DNA of 64,000 bases, taken from positions 29,902-93,901 of IMG/VR virus record IMGVR_UViG_3300025015_000021. One strand, given 5' to 3'. Shown here piece after piece: positions 39,164 to 49,377 of this stretch. This stretch comes from a virus. Numbering within the stretch: position 1 is the first letter of the stretch; the number at the start of each line of letters is the position of its first letter. The notes under the pieces were generated by a model. It saw nothing but the letters and a program-made list of their open reading frames with translations, did no database searches and was not told the DNA's origin. The position numbers and the translations under genes were made by a program.

Positions 39164-39598
39164 TTATGTACATTTTAATTCCACGGTTAAATCTTGACCT
39201 GGATTTGTCGAGCCTATAGTGTCAATATCCAATGTTAAAATATCGCCTTCACTCAAGCTTGTTGTGTCAAAGCTTGTCTGGCTTCCTGTCTGTCCGCCAG
39301 CTGCAATAGTTAATCTATTTGCTGGAGTTACATTCCAAATTGATGTACCATTAACATTGATATCTATAAGTATTGATGCTCCCGTCGGAGCAGTTTTTAC
39401 ATAAGCGTAAGCCTTATTAATAGTAAGTGAATTATTTACAATTAGAGCTGGTGTAACATTAGTTCCTGTAACCAGAGTTCCTACAATAGTAAAAGTAAAT
39501 GTCGGCAATATGGCCACTGCCACATCCGAGAAATTTTCATTAACCTCTGCGGATTTTATAAGACTCGATGCTGAAAAAGTATTGCTAATTGTTGGCAA
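39164..39598 (-). CDS. Minor tail protein
   Basis: NTF....IKSAEVNENF anchor-like N-terminus plus beta domain (TAPTGA, GDILTLDID); TTG start with strong SD. Confidence 0.65.
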   Translation of the reverse strand: MPTISNTFSASSLIKSAEVNENFSDVAVAILPTFTFTIVGTLVTGTNVTPALIVNNSLTINKAYAYVKTAPTGASILIDINVNGTSIWNVTPANRLTIAAGGQTGSQTSFDTTSLSEGDILTLDIDTIGSTNPGQDLTVELKCT

Positions 39599-39653
39599 TT
39601 TTCATCCCCTCCTTTCTTATCATATCATATTTATCCTGAGCTTGCCGAAGGGC

Positions 39654-42600
39654 TTATCCTGCTGTCGGCGTATTAGGATTGTCTACAGTCTGAAAGTTTG
39701 TCAAATTTCTGTCAATGTCCTCAATCCTCTTTGAGATTTCAGGAAGTCTTGATGATGCCTCAATCTTCAAGCTGTCAGGGTTATAATCCAAAGAAAGTAT
39801 CTGTATAACATCAGCTGCGGTAAATGCTAGAGTTGAGTCCCACACATCTATGTCCCATGAAGCCTGATCCCATCTTGATGAGGTCTTAGCCGCCATTTTA
39901 ATATTTCCTATTTTCATTGTGTCTCCTGGGATAACACTTTCTATGTCATATCCTCTAAATTTATGTTCTCCATTGTCATCTGAGATAGTCAGTGCAGTTC
40001 TTATCTCAGGATCTATCTTAGTGTTTAAAATACGGTTTGCCATTGTATCAGCAGTTGAAGTATTAGTCACCCTTCCATCAACCTTATGTATTGCATGAAG
40101 TCCGTAAGAAGTAATAGATCCGGTATTTGAGTAAATCCTGTACATTCCGGTTCCAGAGGCAGTTGTAAAGCCCGTAAAGTAAACCCTATTAACCACATCT
40201 TCCATTCTCCTCCAAGTTTCCATCTGACTTATGTGTGTGCCAATAGTAAAAGTATGATCTGCGGTTGTAGACTTGGGGCTTAAATAAATTATAGAATTTG
40301 CATCTACAGTCCAGTACCAACCTACAGGACAAAGCTCAATTACCTTATCTATTGCCTCTCTTACAGTATTTGAGTTAAAGGTATAGGAAACTGTCGTTCC
40401 CGTAGTTTGTATAGAAGTTGCGGTATAATTTATCGCCCCCCCATCTGCTCTATATTTTTGAATAATATCTGTAAGAATAGTTGAGGGATCCTGGGAATTG
40501 TAGGCAATCTCGGTTGCTCCAGTTCCATCTCGTAACATATAATAACCCAGTTCAAAAATATAACTTAAGATGGTAATTTCCACATATTCTTTGTTACCAT
40601 CCAGTACAGGTTTGTAGCCTGAAATAAATCCTCTATAAAATAGAAGTCCGTTTGGATGCTGTCTGTCATAGACATAAATATCCACTCTGTTGTTTAGTTT
40701 TACATCATCATTTTCTCCAAAGTCATCAAAACTTCTGGGAAGCCGTACAATTACTTCTCCAGGCCCTCCGTTTATTACATTTCTAAATGATGGCTGAGTC
40801 AAAATTTCCTTACTCCAAGTGGTATTATAGACATTATTATCATATACCTTATACATATAATATTTTTTGGAGAAGTTTGATTGGGAAGGATTTTTCCAGA
40901 TAAAGTAAGTATATGTTGCTGTATCGGTATTGACAGTAGCATGAGTCCCAATTTCAAAACCAGGATTTTCAATCTCAAGAATTGCGGTTGTCAAGGCGGA
41001 AGAATTGCCAAAAAGCAGGGTAGTTTCTATAGATGAAGCATCAAGTGGCATATAGACAGGGACTTGGGCAGTTCCTGAAGTCTTCTGTATCATAACGAGT
41101 GCTTCCTGAAAAATAGTTCCTATGTGTCTGTTATTGTTTCCATCTCCCGTATAAGTTCCAATGTCAAAGAAGTCAACCTGTTTTTTAAAGGCAAAATAAT
41201 AATAAGTAACATTATTTGAATTGACTCTTGCATGAGTTCCTATTTGAAATCCGGTTGAAACCAATTCCTGTATGTGGTCTGTGGCAGTTGCTCCCGTAAA
41301 TAGATAAGAATTATCGCTTATTCCATTATTCCATCTATAGCTTCCAGACTGTGCTGTATCTCCTTTGATGTGTACGAAATCAGGTTGAAAACCTAAGTTA
41401 GTAATTGCCCGATTATCACTGCCGTTTCCTATATATGAACCTACATCAATGTTCCCTGCCCCATTATCTCTAAAAACCATGTAATAGTAAGTTTTTCCGT
41501 TTGTGTTTACTGTTGAGTGGGTTCCTACTATAAATCCGTCTGGTATAAATCCAGTTATACCTCCCGTAAATCCTACAGCGGCATTTGAGAAATAGAGAGT
41601 TTTATCGGAGGGCAGGACATCACCCGTCCAGACTGCGTATTCAGAGTCTCCCCAAATCCAGATCAAAGATGGTTTAAATCCTACTCCAGTTATCTGTCTT
41701 CCTGCTATTCCATTTCCCATATAAGAACCTGTTGAAACTTGAGTATCGGTTAAAGGCCCCAATACTTCTGTTGTTTCAAGAAGAGTAGTCGTTGAGGTTG
41801 ATGTGGATGTGCTTTGGGTGGTTGTTGTAGATTTGGTGGTTGAGGATGAGGTTGTGGTTGAACTTGTTGAGGTTGAGCGTGTAGTTGTGGTAGATGTGGA
41901 TTTGGTGGTAGATGTGGATTTGGTGGTAGATGTAGATTTGGTGGTTGAGGATGATGTGGTAGTTGATGAAGTACTGGTTGATTTAGTAGTTGATGTTGAT
42001 TTAGTCGTTGAGGTACTCTTCGTGGTAGAAGTTGATGAAGAAGTGGTGGTGCTTGAGGTACTCTTAGTTGTTGATGTTGATTTAGTCGTTGAGGTACTCG
42101 AACTTGTGGTAGTAGATGAGGTTGAAGTAGTTACCGATTGGGTAGTTGTAAGAGATGTTGAGGTTGATTTAGTAGTTGATGTACTCGAGGAAGTTGTTGT
42201 GCTTGAGGTACTGGTTGATTTAGTAGTTGAGGTTGACTTCGTAGTAGAAGTACTACTTGATGTCGTAGTCGAACTCGTGGAAGTACTTTTGGTAGTTGAT
42301 GTTGATTGAGAAGTGGAAGTACTTTTGGTTGTACTTGTTGAACTACTTGTGGTAGTTGAGCTGGTCGTTGTAGAAGAAGTTGTTGAAATAGTTGTTGAGG
42401 TAGAAGTTGTAGGTCCTGCGAATGGAGTATGATCCACCAAAAGCCATATTGCCGTTACGTCTCTAATGTCTCCAGCCTGATTTGCCCTTATTCCTATCTG
42501 GGCTGTATCCAAATCCGCTTTTGTCCAAGCAGTTGTAGATGCTCCAGGTAAATCATATAATGTGAGAGCATAATTTCTGGGATCACTGGGAGCATTGACT

Positions 42601-43559
42601 GTCCAGGAAGTATTTCCCTCAATTACAGAAGATTCCTCTGTTGTTCCTCCTGCGGATGCTTTAATACGCAGGACTATTTCATCTCCCGTAGCACTTTGAT
42701 TTCGGAACTTAAATCCAACCTGTACACAGTTAATAGTATCATCAGAGTCCATTGCAACAGGCGTTGCTTCAAGATTATAATCATCAATGGCATTATCATT
42801 TGTGCTTTCTACATAATCGGTAGCATCATTTGGAGTTATTTCGTCAACAGCTGCAAAATTATCTCCAGAAGGAAGAACTGTCCAATCTGTGTTATCCCCC
42901 GCAGCGTTAGGTTTTAAATGGATAATTTCTCCTGCCCCTGGGTAATCGTTTTGGAAAGAACCAGTAGAGTCATTTACAGCAATATCGTCCCAAAACCAAT
43001 TTCCTGTAGTTTGGGCTTCCTGGTTTAAGTTTCCACCAAACTGGATAGACTGAAGTCCTGCAGCTATATCTCTTGTTGAGGAAGTTGCAAAAACTGTTCC
43101 ATTTACCTTTCCTTCAATCACATGAAATCCTGCAGCACCAGTTCTATCAACTTTAAGCTCAATCCAATACCAAGTAGCTATAGAAAGAGTAGAAGTTCCT
43201 GTTATCTGTCCGTCTTCATCATAAAACCTCAATACTCCTGAGTTATCTATAGTTACATAAATTCTTTGGGTACTTACGCTTGATAGACCATCTGTTAAAA
43301 AAATAATTCTGTTCTCAGCAGATGGTAAAGTAGCAAAATTTACATACCATCTGAAAAAGAATGGTCCATCATTATCTGCACCAATAAAGGTATATCCGAA
43401 GGCCTTTCTTGTTCCGCTTGATAAAGAGCTAACTCTTCCTGCATAAGTTCCGCTTCTTACTGTAGAAGTTTGAATAGTTGGAGATCCATTTGTATTAGAG
43501 AATTCTATGTCTGTAGATGTTGAGTTTAATTCAAATCCACTAGACCATATTCGAGCCAC
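39654..43559 (-). CDS. Tail-tip/hub protein fused to an N-terminal lectin-like domain, a 209-aa Ser/Thr stalk and three tandem beta-repeats
   Basis: Follows Dit; C-terminal ~400 aa resembles siphophage tail hub proteins; three GSY.GNG....I..GF.P repeats; S/T tract at 41784-42410. Confidence 0.75.
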   Translation of the reverse strand: MARIWSSGFELNSTSTDIEFSNTNGSPTIQTSTVRSGTYAGRVSSLSSGTRKAFGYTFIGADNDGPFFFRWYVNFATLPSAENRIIFLTDGLSSVSTQRIYVTIDNSGVLRFYDEDGQITGTSTLSIATWYWIELKVDRTGAAGFHVIEGKVNGTVFATSSTRDIAAGLQSIQFGGNLNQEAQTTGNWFWDDIAVNDSTGSFQNDYPGAGEIIHLKPNAAGDNTDWTVLPSGDNFAAVDEITPNDATDYVESTNDNAIDDYNLEATPVAMDSDDTINCVQVGFKFRNQSATGDEIVLRIKASAGGTTEESSVIEGNTSWTVNAPSDPRNYALTLYDLPGASTTAWTKADLDTAQIGIRANQAGDIRDVTAIWLLVDHTPFAGPTTSTSTTISTTSSTTTSSTTTSSSTSTTKSTSTSQSTSTTKSTSTSSTTTSSSTSTTKSTSTTKSTSTSSTTTSSSTSTTKSTSTSLTTTQSVTTSTSSTTTSSSTSTTKSTSTTKSTSSTTTSSSTSTTKSTSTTKSTSTTKSTSTSSTTTSSSTTKSTSTTKSTSTTKSTSTTTTRSTSTSSTTTSSSTTKSTTTTQSTSTSTSTTTLLETTEVLGPLTDTQVSTGSYMGNGIAGRQITGVGFKPSLIWIWGDSEYAVWTGDVLPSDKTLYFSNAAVGFTGGITGFIPDGFIVGTHSTVNTNGKTYYYMVFRDNGAGNIDVGSYIGNGSDNRAITNLGFQPDFVHIKGDTAQSGSYRWNNGISDNSYLFTGATATDHIQELVSTGFQIGTHARVNSNNVTYYYFAFKKQVDFFDIGTYTGDGNNNRHIGTIFQEALVMIQKTSGTAQVPVYMPLDASSIETTLLFGNSSALTTAILEIENPGFEIGTHATVNTDTATYTYFIWKNPSQSNFSKKYYMYKVYDNNVYNTTWSKEILTQPSFRNVINGGPGEVIVRLPRSFDDFGENDDVKLNNRVDIYVYDRQHPNGLLFYRGFISGYKPVLDGNKEYVEITILSYIFELGYYMLRDGTGATEIAYNSQDPSTILTDIIQKYRADGGAINYTATSIQTTGTTVSYTFNSNTVREAIDKVIELCPVGWYWTVDANSIIYLSPKSTTADHTFTIGTHISQMETWRRMEDVVNRVYFTGFTTASGTGMYRIYSNTGSITSYGLHAIHKVDGRVTNTSTADTMANRILNTKIDPEIRTALTISDDNGEHKFRGYDIESVIPGDTMKIGNIKMAAKTSSRWDQASWDIDVWDSTLAFTAADVIQILSLDYNPDSLKIEASSRLPEISKRIEDIDRNLTNFQTVDNPNTPTAG

Positions 43560-43560
43560 C

Positions 43561-44007
43561 TTAGTTCACACTCCTTCCGTGAATAATTTTTAACTCTTGA
43601 TAAGTTTTTTCTTGTTGGGTTTTTCTTCTAATTTCTTCTTGAGGAGAATAAGTACCTCCTCTTTTTAACATATCTAAAACCAACCGAGCTTGTGGTTTCT
43701 TAACTATTAAATATGGATAAAGTGCTCTTATAACTGTTCGTGCGTACCTATTAGAAAACCATAAGGAATACATCTGTTTTTTGCCAAAGTGCCCCTTGGA
43801 ATTTCCTTTACCCCTAAGTGAACCAAGCCTAATTCTACCTATAATGTAATCTAAAACTTGAAAGTGGGAATTAGCAATCGCTAAATAAGGGTCGTAACAA
43901 TACCACCTTTTATTTATCCGTCTTTGTACACTAATAGTTTCCTCACCATCCACAAACCCTGCTAAGTAACTTAAAAATTGTTTATCCTTATTCCATAATC
44001 TTACGAT
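43561..44007 (-). CDS. Free-standing single-motif LAGLIDADG endonuclease (possibly decaying)
   Basis: Extending the frame upstream gives YLAGFVDGEE; LYPYLIVKKPQA motif; ATC at 44007 follows AGGAAGGTG. Confidence 0.75.
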   Translation of the reverse strand: MVRLWNKDKQFLSYLAGFVDGEETISVQRRINKRWYCYDPYLAIANSHFQVLDYIIGRIRLGSLRGKGNSKGHFGKKQMYSLWFSNRYARTVIRALYPYLIVKKPQARLVLDMLKRGGTYSPQEEIRRKTQQEKTYQELKIIHGRSVN

Positions 44008-44101
44008 ATTAAACCACCTTCCTTTCTATAAAGTTTATTGAAGTTTGTTGTAGAATTGATTTGTTTTTTTCATTCATTTTACTTGTGATGAGTTTATCGA
44101 A

Positions 44102-44887
44102 TCATAGATAACGTGGCCTATAAATAAAGTCCAAAGTGCCACCTTGCTGTGATCCCGAAAAAGTCGTAACAAATGTCGTTTCCCCTGGTTCCCATCTCGA
44201 ATAAACTCCAGTTGCTTCAATCTCGGTTGATCCCTCCAGTATAAGTTGGTTTGCATAATCAAATTTGACAAAGTTTCCATATGCCAGAGTCGCATTGCTG
44301 GTACCCGACCAGGTTACTTTCTCTCCCGTTGGGTTGTAGACAACCTGTATTCCAGAGGTTGTGGTTGAACCAGTCGAGCCGGGAGCCGTATAAACAATAG
44401 ATGGTTCTGCATATACGCTTCCTGATATAGTTAAGGTTACAGTTTTGGTAATAGGCTGGGTTGCACTTCCAGAAGTTACCGTTAAGCTAACTGTCTGTTG
44501 TGCTCCTTTCCAGAAGGGTTCTGCGGCTATAAATTCAATTTCAAAAGGAACCATGCTTTGGGTATAATGTGGTTCCTCAACGCTTACCGAGGCCACTATC
44601 GCCTCAATCTCCCGCCCTGAGTCTATCGAGAGGGTTCCTGAAGTCTTTCTGGTTACATTAGTATGCAGGCTATCAATCTGGGCTATTAAGTCAGTTGAGT
44701 CACTTCCAAGTATCCATCCTGCAAGTTTGATATGACGTTCCGCAAACTCTTCTGAGATAAGTTTCTTGCCGGGCTTTCTGGCTATGTCCTCAAGCACAAT
44801 CTCTCGAGCAGGTATTGAACGATAATTAATGCTGCTCGTGAGCACATTTGCTGACTGAAGATTGAAAGTGTTGAAAGTTAAACTCAT
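44102..44887 (-). CDS. Distal tail protein (Dit)
   Basis: Directly after the tape measure; FEIEFIAAEPFW; terminal YRPRYL. Confidence 0.82.
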   Translation of the reverse strand: MSLTFNTFNLQSANVLTSSINYRSIPAREIVLEDIARKPGKKLISEEFAERHIKLAGWILGSDSTDLIAQIDSLHTNVTRKTSGTLSIDSGREIEAIVASVSVEEPHYTQSMVPFEIEFIAAEPFWKGAQQTVSLTVTSGSATQPITKTVTLTISGSVYAEPSIVYTAPGSTGSTTTSGIQVVYNPTGEKVTWSGTSNATLAYGNFVKFDYANQLILEGSTEIEATGVYSRWEPGETTFVTTFSGSQQGGTLDFIYRPRYL

Positions 44888-44900
44888 AATTTAATTTATA

Positions 44901-47279
44901 TTAAATCTGACCATATTTTGCTAACTCTGATTGTCTTCCCATGATCCGAATTACTGTATCTGCCAATTCTTTTACTCTTTGCGGAGAGTCCATACTAATT
45001 GGTCCATTCATGTTTATAGTCACTCCTCCGCCGCCCCCAGAAGGAGACTGGGTATTTGAGCCTCTCGGAATTATTCTTTCTCCTCCATGAGCCATTATAG
45101 GAACTGGCTGTCCAATCATACCTGGTACAATTCCTCCATGCTGCATTCTTAATATTTCTTCAATTGACATACCAATTCCACCCGCTAATTTTCCTGCTAA
45201 TTTTCCTGCTCCCTGAATTGCACTTTTTATTCCATTAATCATATTACGGATAATTCCTGAACCCCAACTTGTTGCTTCCCCAACAAGTCCTAAAAATTTA
45301 TCTCTTATTCCGCCTGCAAGGCTTCCAACCAATCCCAAAACTTTATCTTTAAGAGTTGTAAACCACATAATCATTCCATTAACCATATCTGGAATAATTG
45401 ACCCGCCTACCAAAGCCATAATGAGTCCTTTAAAGAAATTAACTATTCCTTCAACAAATCCTGTAATTAAATTCAAAATTCCCATTACAGCATTACTTAC
45501 AATATTCCAAATTCCCTGCCAAAGTCTATTCCATCCTTCTTTTATTAAATCCCCATTTAAGGTAAACAGTCCCCATAATAATTGAAAAAATCCTGTAATA
45601 AACTGAATTATTCCTGTAAAAATCATAATTATATTGGGTAAAACTTTAGCCAAAGCAGTCAATAATCCAGTTAGTAATGCTCCTATTATCATAAGTACTA
45701 TTCCTAAAATAGGAAGAAATTGCATAAATGCTTCACCAAATTGTTGTAGAGCAGGTTGCATTTGTTTAAATGCTTCTATAAAAGGAGGTGCCACTTCTGC
45801 AATAAATCGTCCAAATGCCTGGGAAAAAGATTCCCATAGCCCTTTAATTGTTTGTATAATATTTCCCCATCCCCCAAATCTATCGGCAAGAGATTGAATT
45901 AAAGGCAAAGACTTGGCTACAAGAAATCCTATTATTCCTCCCAAGAGAACAATTGGTCCGATTATAGATATAATAGCTGGCAGAAGCATTCCGACAAAAA
46001 CTCCAGCTATGGCAATTAAGTTATTTTTGTCAGCAAGAAATTTATTGAAGAACTCGGCAATTTTATCAACATTATCAATAAGAAATTCCACCAATTTTGC
46101 AGCTGCGTTTCTTATTTTGTCGAATGCTCCTCCTATTTGTACTTCTCCCTCAAGGGAAATACCCATTGCTCTTTGAAGAATATATTGAAAAACATCCCCA
46201 AAGTTAGACATTGCTCCAGAAAAAGTTTTAACTTGTCTTAAAGCCGCACCTCCATAGGTTTTAATCATCTGATCTTCAAGGGCTAAGGCAATCTCTTTTC
46301 CTGTATTTTGTTTTAAGATTGCTTCTTGTTGTTCACGGGTTAATTCTTTTAAATTTTCAGCAGAAATCTTAATAGCTTTACCAGCTCCTGCCTGAGCAGT
46401 TGTAAATTCAGCAGTAGTCTTATTAGCTGCTACTACTTTTTCATTCCAGTCTCCCTGTGATTCTTTTAGCTTTGTAACATGGTAATCTGCTTCACCGTAT
46501 TTAGTAATTGCTTTTTTTATTTGGTCATTAAATTGTGCTTGTTTCCAAGTGCTATCCTCAAGAACTTCTTTTGCTTTTCCATATGCTGTCGTTAATTTTT
46601 TAGTTGCTCCACCAGTTACAGTTGCAACTGTTCCAAAACTAGAAAGTTTTAACTGCCCATCATTAACAGCTGAGGCTAAAAGCTTGGCTGTATTAACACC
46701 CTGTTTTTGAAGGTCTCTAAATTCTCTATAAGAAACTGTGGTCGAAGTAGCAATTTGTCCCAAATTATATGTAATAGCCTGAAGTCTTGTTTCTGTGATA
46801 CCTAGAGCTGAAGCAGTTTCAACAACTGCTATCATAGCCTTTTTTGTTTCTGTGGCTGTATGATTATAACCCAACATTGTTTGGGTAAGTCCCATCAATT
46901 GTTGTCTGGTAACAGGAGTTACTAAAGAATACTTAGTTAACCATCCAAGAAGTTCTCCGCCAGCTTTTTCTCCGACCAAGGTTTTAAATGCTACTCCTGC
47001 TTGTTCAACTGAAGCTGCAAGACCAAGTATTTTAGCTCCCATACCGATTGCCATTGTGCCTATGAAAAGAGAAGCCCATCGGAAATGACTAGCCATTCCT
47101 GTTATAAAACCTTTAATTCTTCCAACTGCTCCCCCAACAATTCCACCAAGTACACCAAATCCTCTACCAATTCCAGTTTGAAGGGTACCTACAGTACCTT
47201 GAATTACACCAGCGGTTCTGGCCAGTCCTACACTGGCTTCATCTACATAAGTTAATATAATGCGTAATTGTTTATCCAT
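44901..47279 (-). CDS. Tape measure protein
   Basis: AFKTLVG, TP, TFSGAMSN, Trp/Phe-spaced hydrophobic repeats, HGGIVPG..HGGERIIP; follows the chaperones. Confidence 0.92.
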   Translation of the reverse strand: MDKQLRIILTYVDEASVGLARTAGVIQGTVGTLQTGIGRGFGVLGGIVGGAVGRIKGFITGMASHFRWASLFIGTMAIGMGAKILGLAASVEQAGVAFKTLVGEKAGGELLGWLTKYSLVTPVTRQQLMGLTQTMLGYNHTATETKKAMIAVVETASALGITETRLQAITYNLGQIATSTTVSYREFRDLQKQGVNTAKLLASAVNDGQLKLSSFGTVATVTGGATKKLTTAYGKAKEVLEDSTWKQAQFNDQIKKAITKYGEADYHVTKLKESQGDWNEKVVAANKTTAEFTTAQAGAGKAIKISAENLKELTREQQEAILKQNTGKEIALALEDQMIKTYGGAALRQVKTFSGAMSNFGDVFQYILQRAMGISLEGEVQIGGAFDKIRNAAAKLVEFLIDNVDKIAEFFNKFLADKNNLIAIAGVFVGMLLPAIISIIGPIVLLGGIIGFLVAKSLPLIQSLADRFGGWGNIIQTIKGLWESFSQAFGRFIAEVAPPFIEAFKQMQPALQQFGEAFMQFLPILGIVLMIIGALLTGLLTALAKVLPNIIMIFTGIIQFITGFFQLLWGLFTLNGDLIKEGWNRLWQGIWNIVSNAVMGILNLITGFVEGIVNFFKGLIMALVGGSIIPDMVNGMIMWFTTLKDKVLGLVGSLAGGIRDKFLGLVGEATSWGSGIIRNMINGIKSAIQGAGKLAGKLAGGIGMSIEEILRMQHGGIVPGMIGQPVPIMAHGGERIIPRGSNTQSPSGGGGGVTINMNGPISMDSPQRVKELADTVIRIMGRQSELAKYGQI

Positions 47280-47281
47280 AA

Positions 47282-47503
47282 CTATCTCCTAGCTGATTTG
47301 GCTTTTCTCTCAGCCTCTTTAGCTTGTCTTTTTTCAGTTTGTCCTTCCTGATTCATAATCAAAAGTATTTCCTCTATAAAGAAGGGTGGTTGGCTCATGT
47401 ATTCGTAATATGTCCAAGAAAATTCCTGACATATTTTGTAACGAATATAGGCTTCTGACCTGACTCCGCTTTCTCCAGTCAGGCCCATCACCAACTCCTT
47501 CAC
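47282..47503 (-). CDS. Tail assembly chaperone, gpT-like part (probably expressed by -1 frameshift)
   Basis: ICQEFSWTYYEYMSQP; in the -1 frame relative to the upstream chaperone. Confidence 0.75.
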   Translation of the reverse strand: MKELVMGLTGESGVRSEAYIRYKICQEFSWTYYEYMSQPPFFIEEILLIMNQEGQTEKRQAKEAERKAKSARR

Positions 47504-47883
47504 TAGACTTTTTTTTGGTCTTGGGTTAAGCTTGAGACTTGCGTCAGCCGATTAACCTCATCATATATTTTGTTTCCTATTTCAACTGGCAGGCTGTTAA
47601 GCCAATCCTGTGAAAAAGCCTCAGTCTTGTCTCCCGATTTTACTTCTTTAATTACCAAAGAAGCAGCTTTATCCTGTGATGCAAGAAAAACTCCCAATGG
47701 TAAGTCTTCAATCTGTCCTGTCTGAGAATTAAACTTTCCGCCTTCAAGAAGAATTTTTTGAAGCTCTCTTGATTCACCAGTTGTTATATAGTCGTAAAAC
47801 ACGACAATATCCCCATTATCGAGTTTTACCTCATGAATGGGTATATTGGCTTTTAGACCTTCATTATTTGTTGTATCTGCCAT
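47503..47883 (-). CDS. Tail assembly chaperone, gpG-like
   Basis: Between tail tube and tape measure; ends CAA AAA AAA GTC TAG. Confidence 0.8.
   Translation of the reverse strand: MADTTNNEGLKANIPIHEVKLDNGDIVVFYDYITTGESRELQKILLEGGKFNSQTGQIEDLPLGVFLASQDKAASLVIKEVKSGDKTEAFSQDWLNSLPVEIGNKIYDEVNRLTQVSSLTQDQKKV
47508..47516 (-). promoter_or_regulatory. Slippery site for programmed -1 frameshift
   Basis: A-run (AAAAAAAAG) just before the stop; the -1 frame reads AGT CTA GTG AAG into the downstream ORF. Confidence 0.72.
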
Positions 47884-47929
47884 TACCCCTCACCTCCTTC
47901 CATTAATTAATTATTTAATTAATTCAGGG

Positions 47930-48904
47930 TTAGCTATACACACTACTCTTAGAATTTGAAAGTTTTACGTCTAAAACTCTAGCCCCTAGGTCCACACTAT
48001 CTTCAGCTGTAAAGTCAGCTGTTAATGCGTAGAAGTCATCAAGCCCTGTATCTATATCAGCTTCATTGATTCTGAATCTGGGAATCCTAAATTGTAATGC
48101 TTCGTTTGCATTTCCAGAGAAAGTAACAATCATACTCCTCTTGTTAAGAGCATAGTATGCGTCTCTATCTGTCACAGAGTCAAAGAAAAGCTTATAACTT
48201 CCAGATACTCTTAACCCTTTAGTTCTTATAGTTGATACTTCCGAGCTTCCAGATCTGTGAATAACCTCAAGATTGTTTGCAATCGTTAAGTTAAACTCAT
48301 TGACCGGTGTTGTCGGATTTGTTCCCGCTGTTGTAAGAGTTGATCCAAACTGAACAAAATAATCTTTAAAAGCAAGAACAGTTCCAGATGTTGTTGTTGC
48401 TATCTGGGCTGCTCCTGCTGTCGGATATTGAGCCTGCCAGGAAGCATTTAATGTTGCAAGTCCGTCTGAGACCGCAAAATTAAGCTCATCAATACAGGCA
48501 AAGCTGTACTGTTCGACATCGGTTGATCCCCTTGAGTTTATAAGAGTTGCCGTTAAAGGCGTATTCCCGGAAAATGTCGGATAAAATGTATGGGCATTGG
48601 GTGTTCCTGTTACCAGAAGTTCATTACCCAAAGCCAGTTTCCAAAGATATCCAGCATTTACTATATCTGCTAAAATTTCCGAGTCTCCTTCAGTCCATCT
48701 CCTACCCAAAACCGAGTCGGCATCCATTACTCTGGATGTTCTCGATGAAATGTTTTCAATCGGTTCGTGATGTCCTCTTATTGAATTGTCCGAATAAGGT
48801 AAATAAACGCTTGCTGTTGTGTTTGCTGTTCCTGCCGATACTTCAATCGCAAGGCCTAAGCTACCAAGCCTACTAATTTGTATATTTGCACCTGCTACTG
48901 CGAT
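47930..48904 (-). CDS. Major tail tube protein
   Basis: LGLAIEVSAGT N-terminus, beta-rich, NNLE..VSGSYKLFFD. The ORF-track GTG at 48913 lies inside the SD; ATC at 48904 is the better-spaced start. Confidence 0.85.
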   Translation of the reverse strand: MAVAGANIQISRLGSLGLAIEVSAGTANTTASVYLPYSDNSIRGHHEPIENISSRTSRVMDADSVLGRRWTEGDSEILADIVNAGYLWKLALGNELLVTGTPNAHTFYPTFSGNTPLTATLINSRGSTDVEQYSFACIDELNFAVSDGLATLNASWQAQYPTAGAAQIATTTSGTVLAFKDYFVQFGSTLTTAGTNPTTPVNEFNLTIANNLEVIHRSGSSEVSTIRTKGLRVSGSYKLFFDSVTDRDAYYALNKRSMIVTFSGNANEALQFRIPRFRINEADIDTGLDDFYALTADFTAEDSVDLGARVLDVKLSNSKSSVYS

Positions 48905-48951
48905 ATTACTCACCTCCTTTCATAGAAAAATTTATATTTACTTTTTTCATA

Positions 48952-49374
48952 TTAATTATTTGAAGCCACAAGATCAAAACATTCAACTTCAACTTCCAAA
49001 GTTCGCATGTCAAGCTCCCTATTTAAAAATGCACTTGAATACCTCGCTGGCCTTGCATACTTGCAAGTTCCCGACAGAGTTGTATTCTGGTCAAGATGTG
49101 CTATCAGTTCATCCAAAACTGAGATAGAAATTGTCTCAGCCTGTGCCACGCCCTGTCCTTCTTTAGATTGTTCCTGATAGACTCTTATCCAAAAACTGTG
49201 TCTTCTTAGATTTCGGGCAATATCCGCATACTCTCCGTCCCCACTTTTAAGTGTTAAAGTAGCATAAGGATATTTGCCCAAAGGATTTCCGCTTTCAAAC
49301 GCAAAAGCACCCTTTAAAGTTCCCATTGCATTTAAGCTTGCCATAAGTTGTGTCTTTATTGCTGAAACTGACAT
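48952..49374 (-). CDS. Tail terminator/completion protein
   Basis: Position; YPYA and TLSGTC motifs. Confidence 0.7.
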   Translation of the reverse strand: MSVSAIKTQLMASLNAMGTLKGAFAFESGNPLGKYPYATLTLKSGDGEYADIARNLRRHSFWIRVYQEQSKEGQGVAQAETISISVLDELIAHLDQNTTLSGTCKYARPARYSSAFLNRELDMRTLEVEVECFDLVASNN

Positions 49375-49377
49375 AAT

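Noticed and set aside
37251-43559. Diversity-generating retroelement acting on the tail genes
   Set aside because: No reverse transcriptase and no adenine-specific TR/VR pair; paralogue differences look mostly synonymous.
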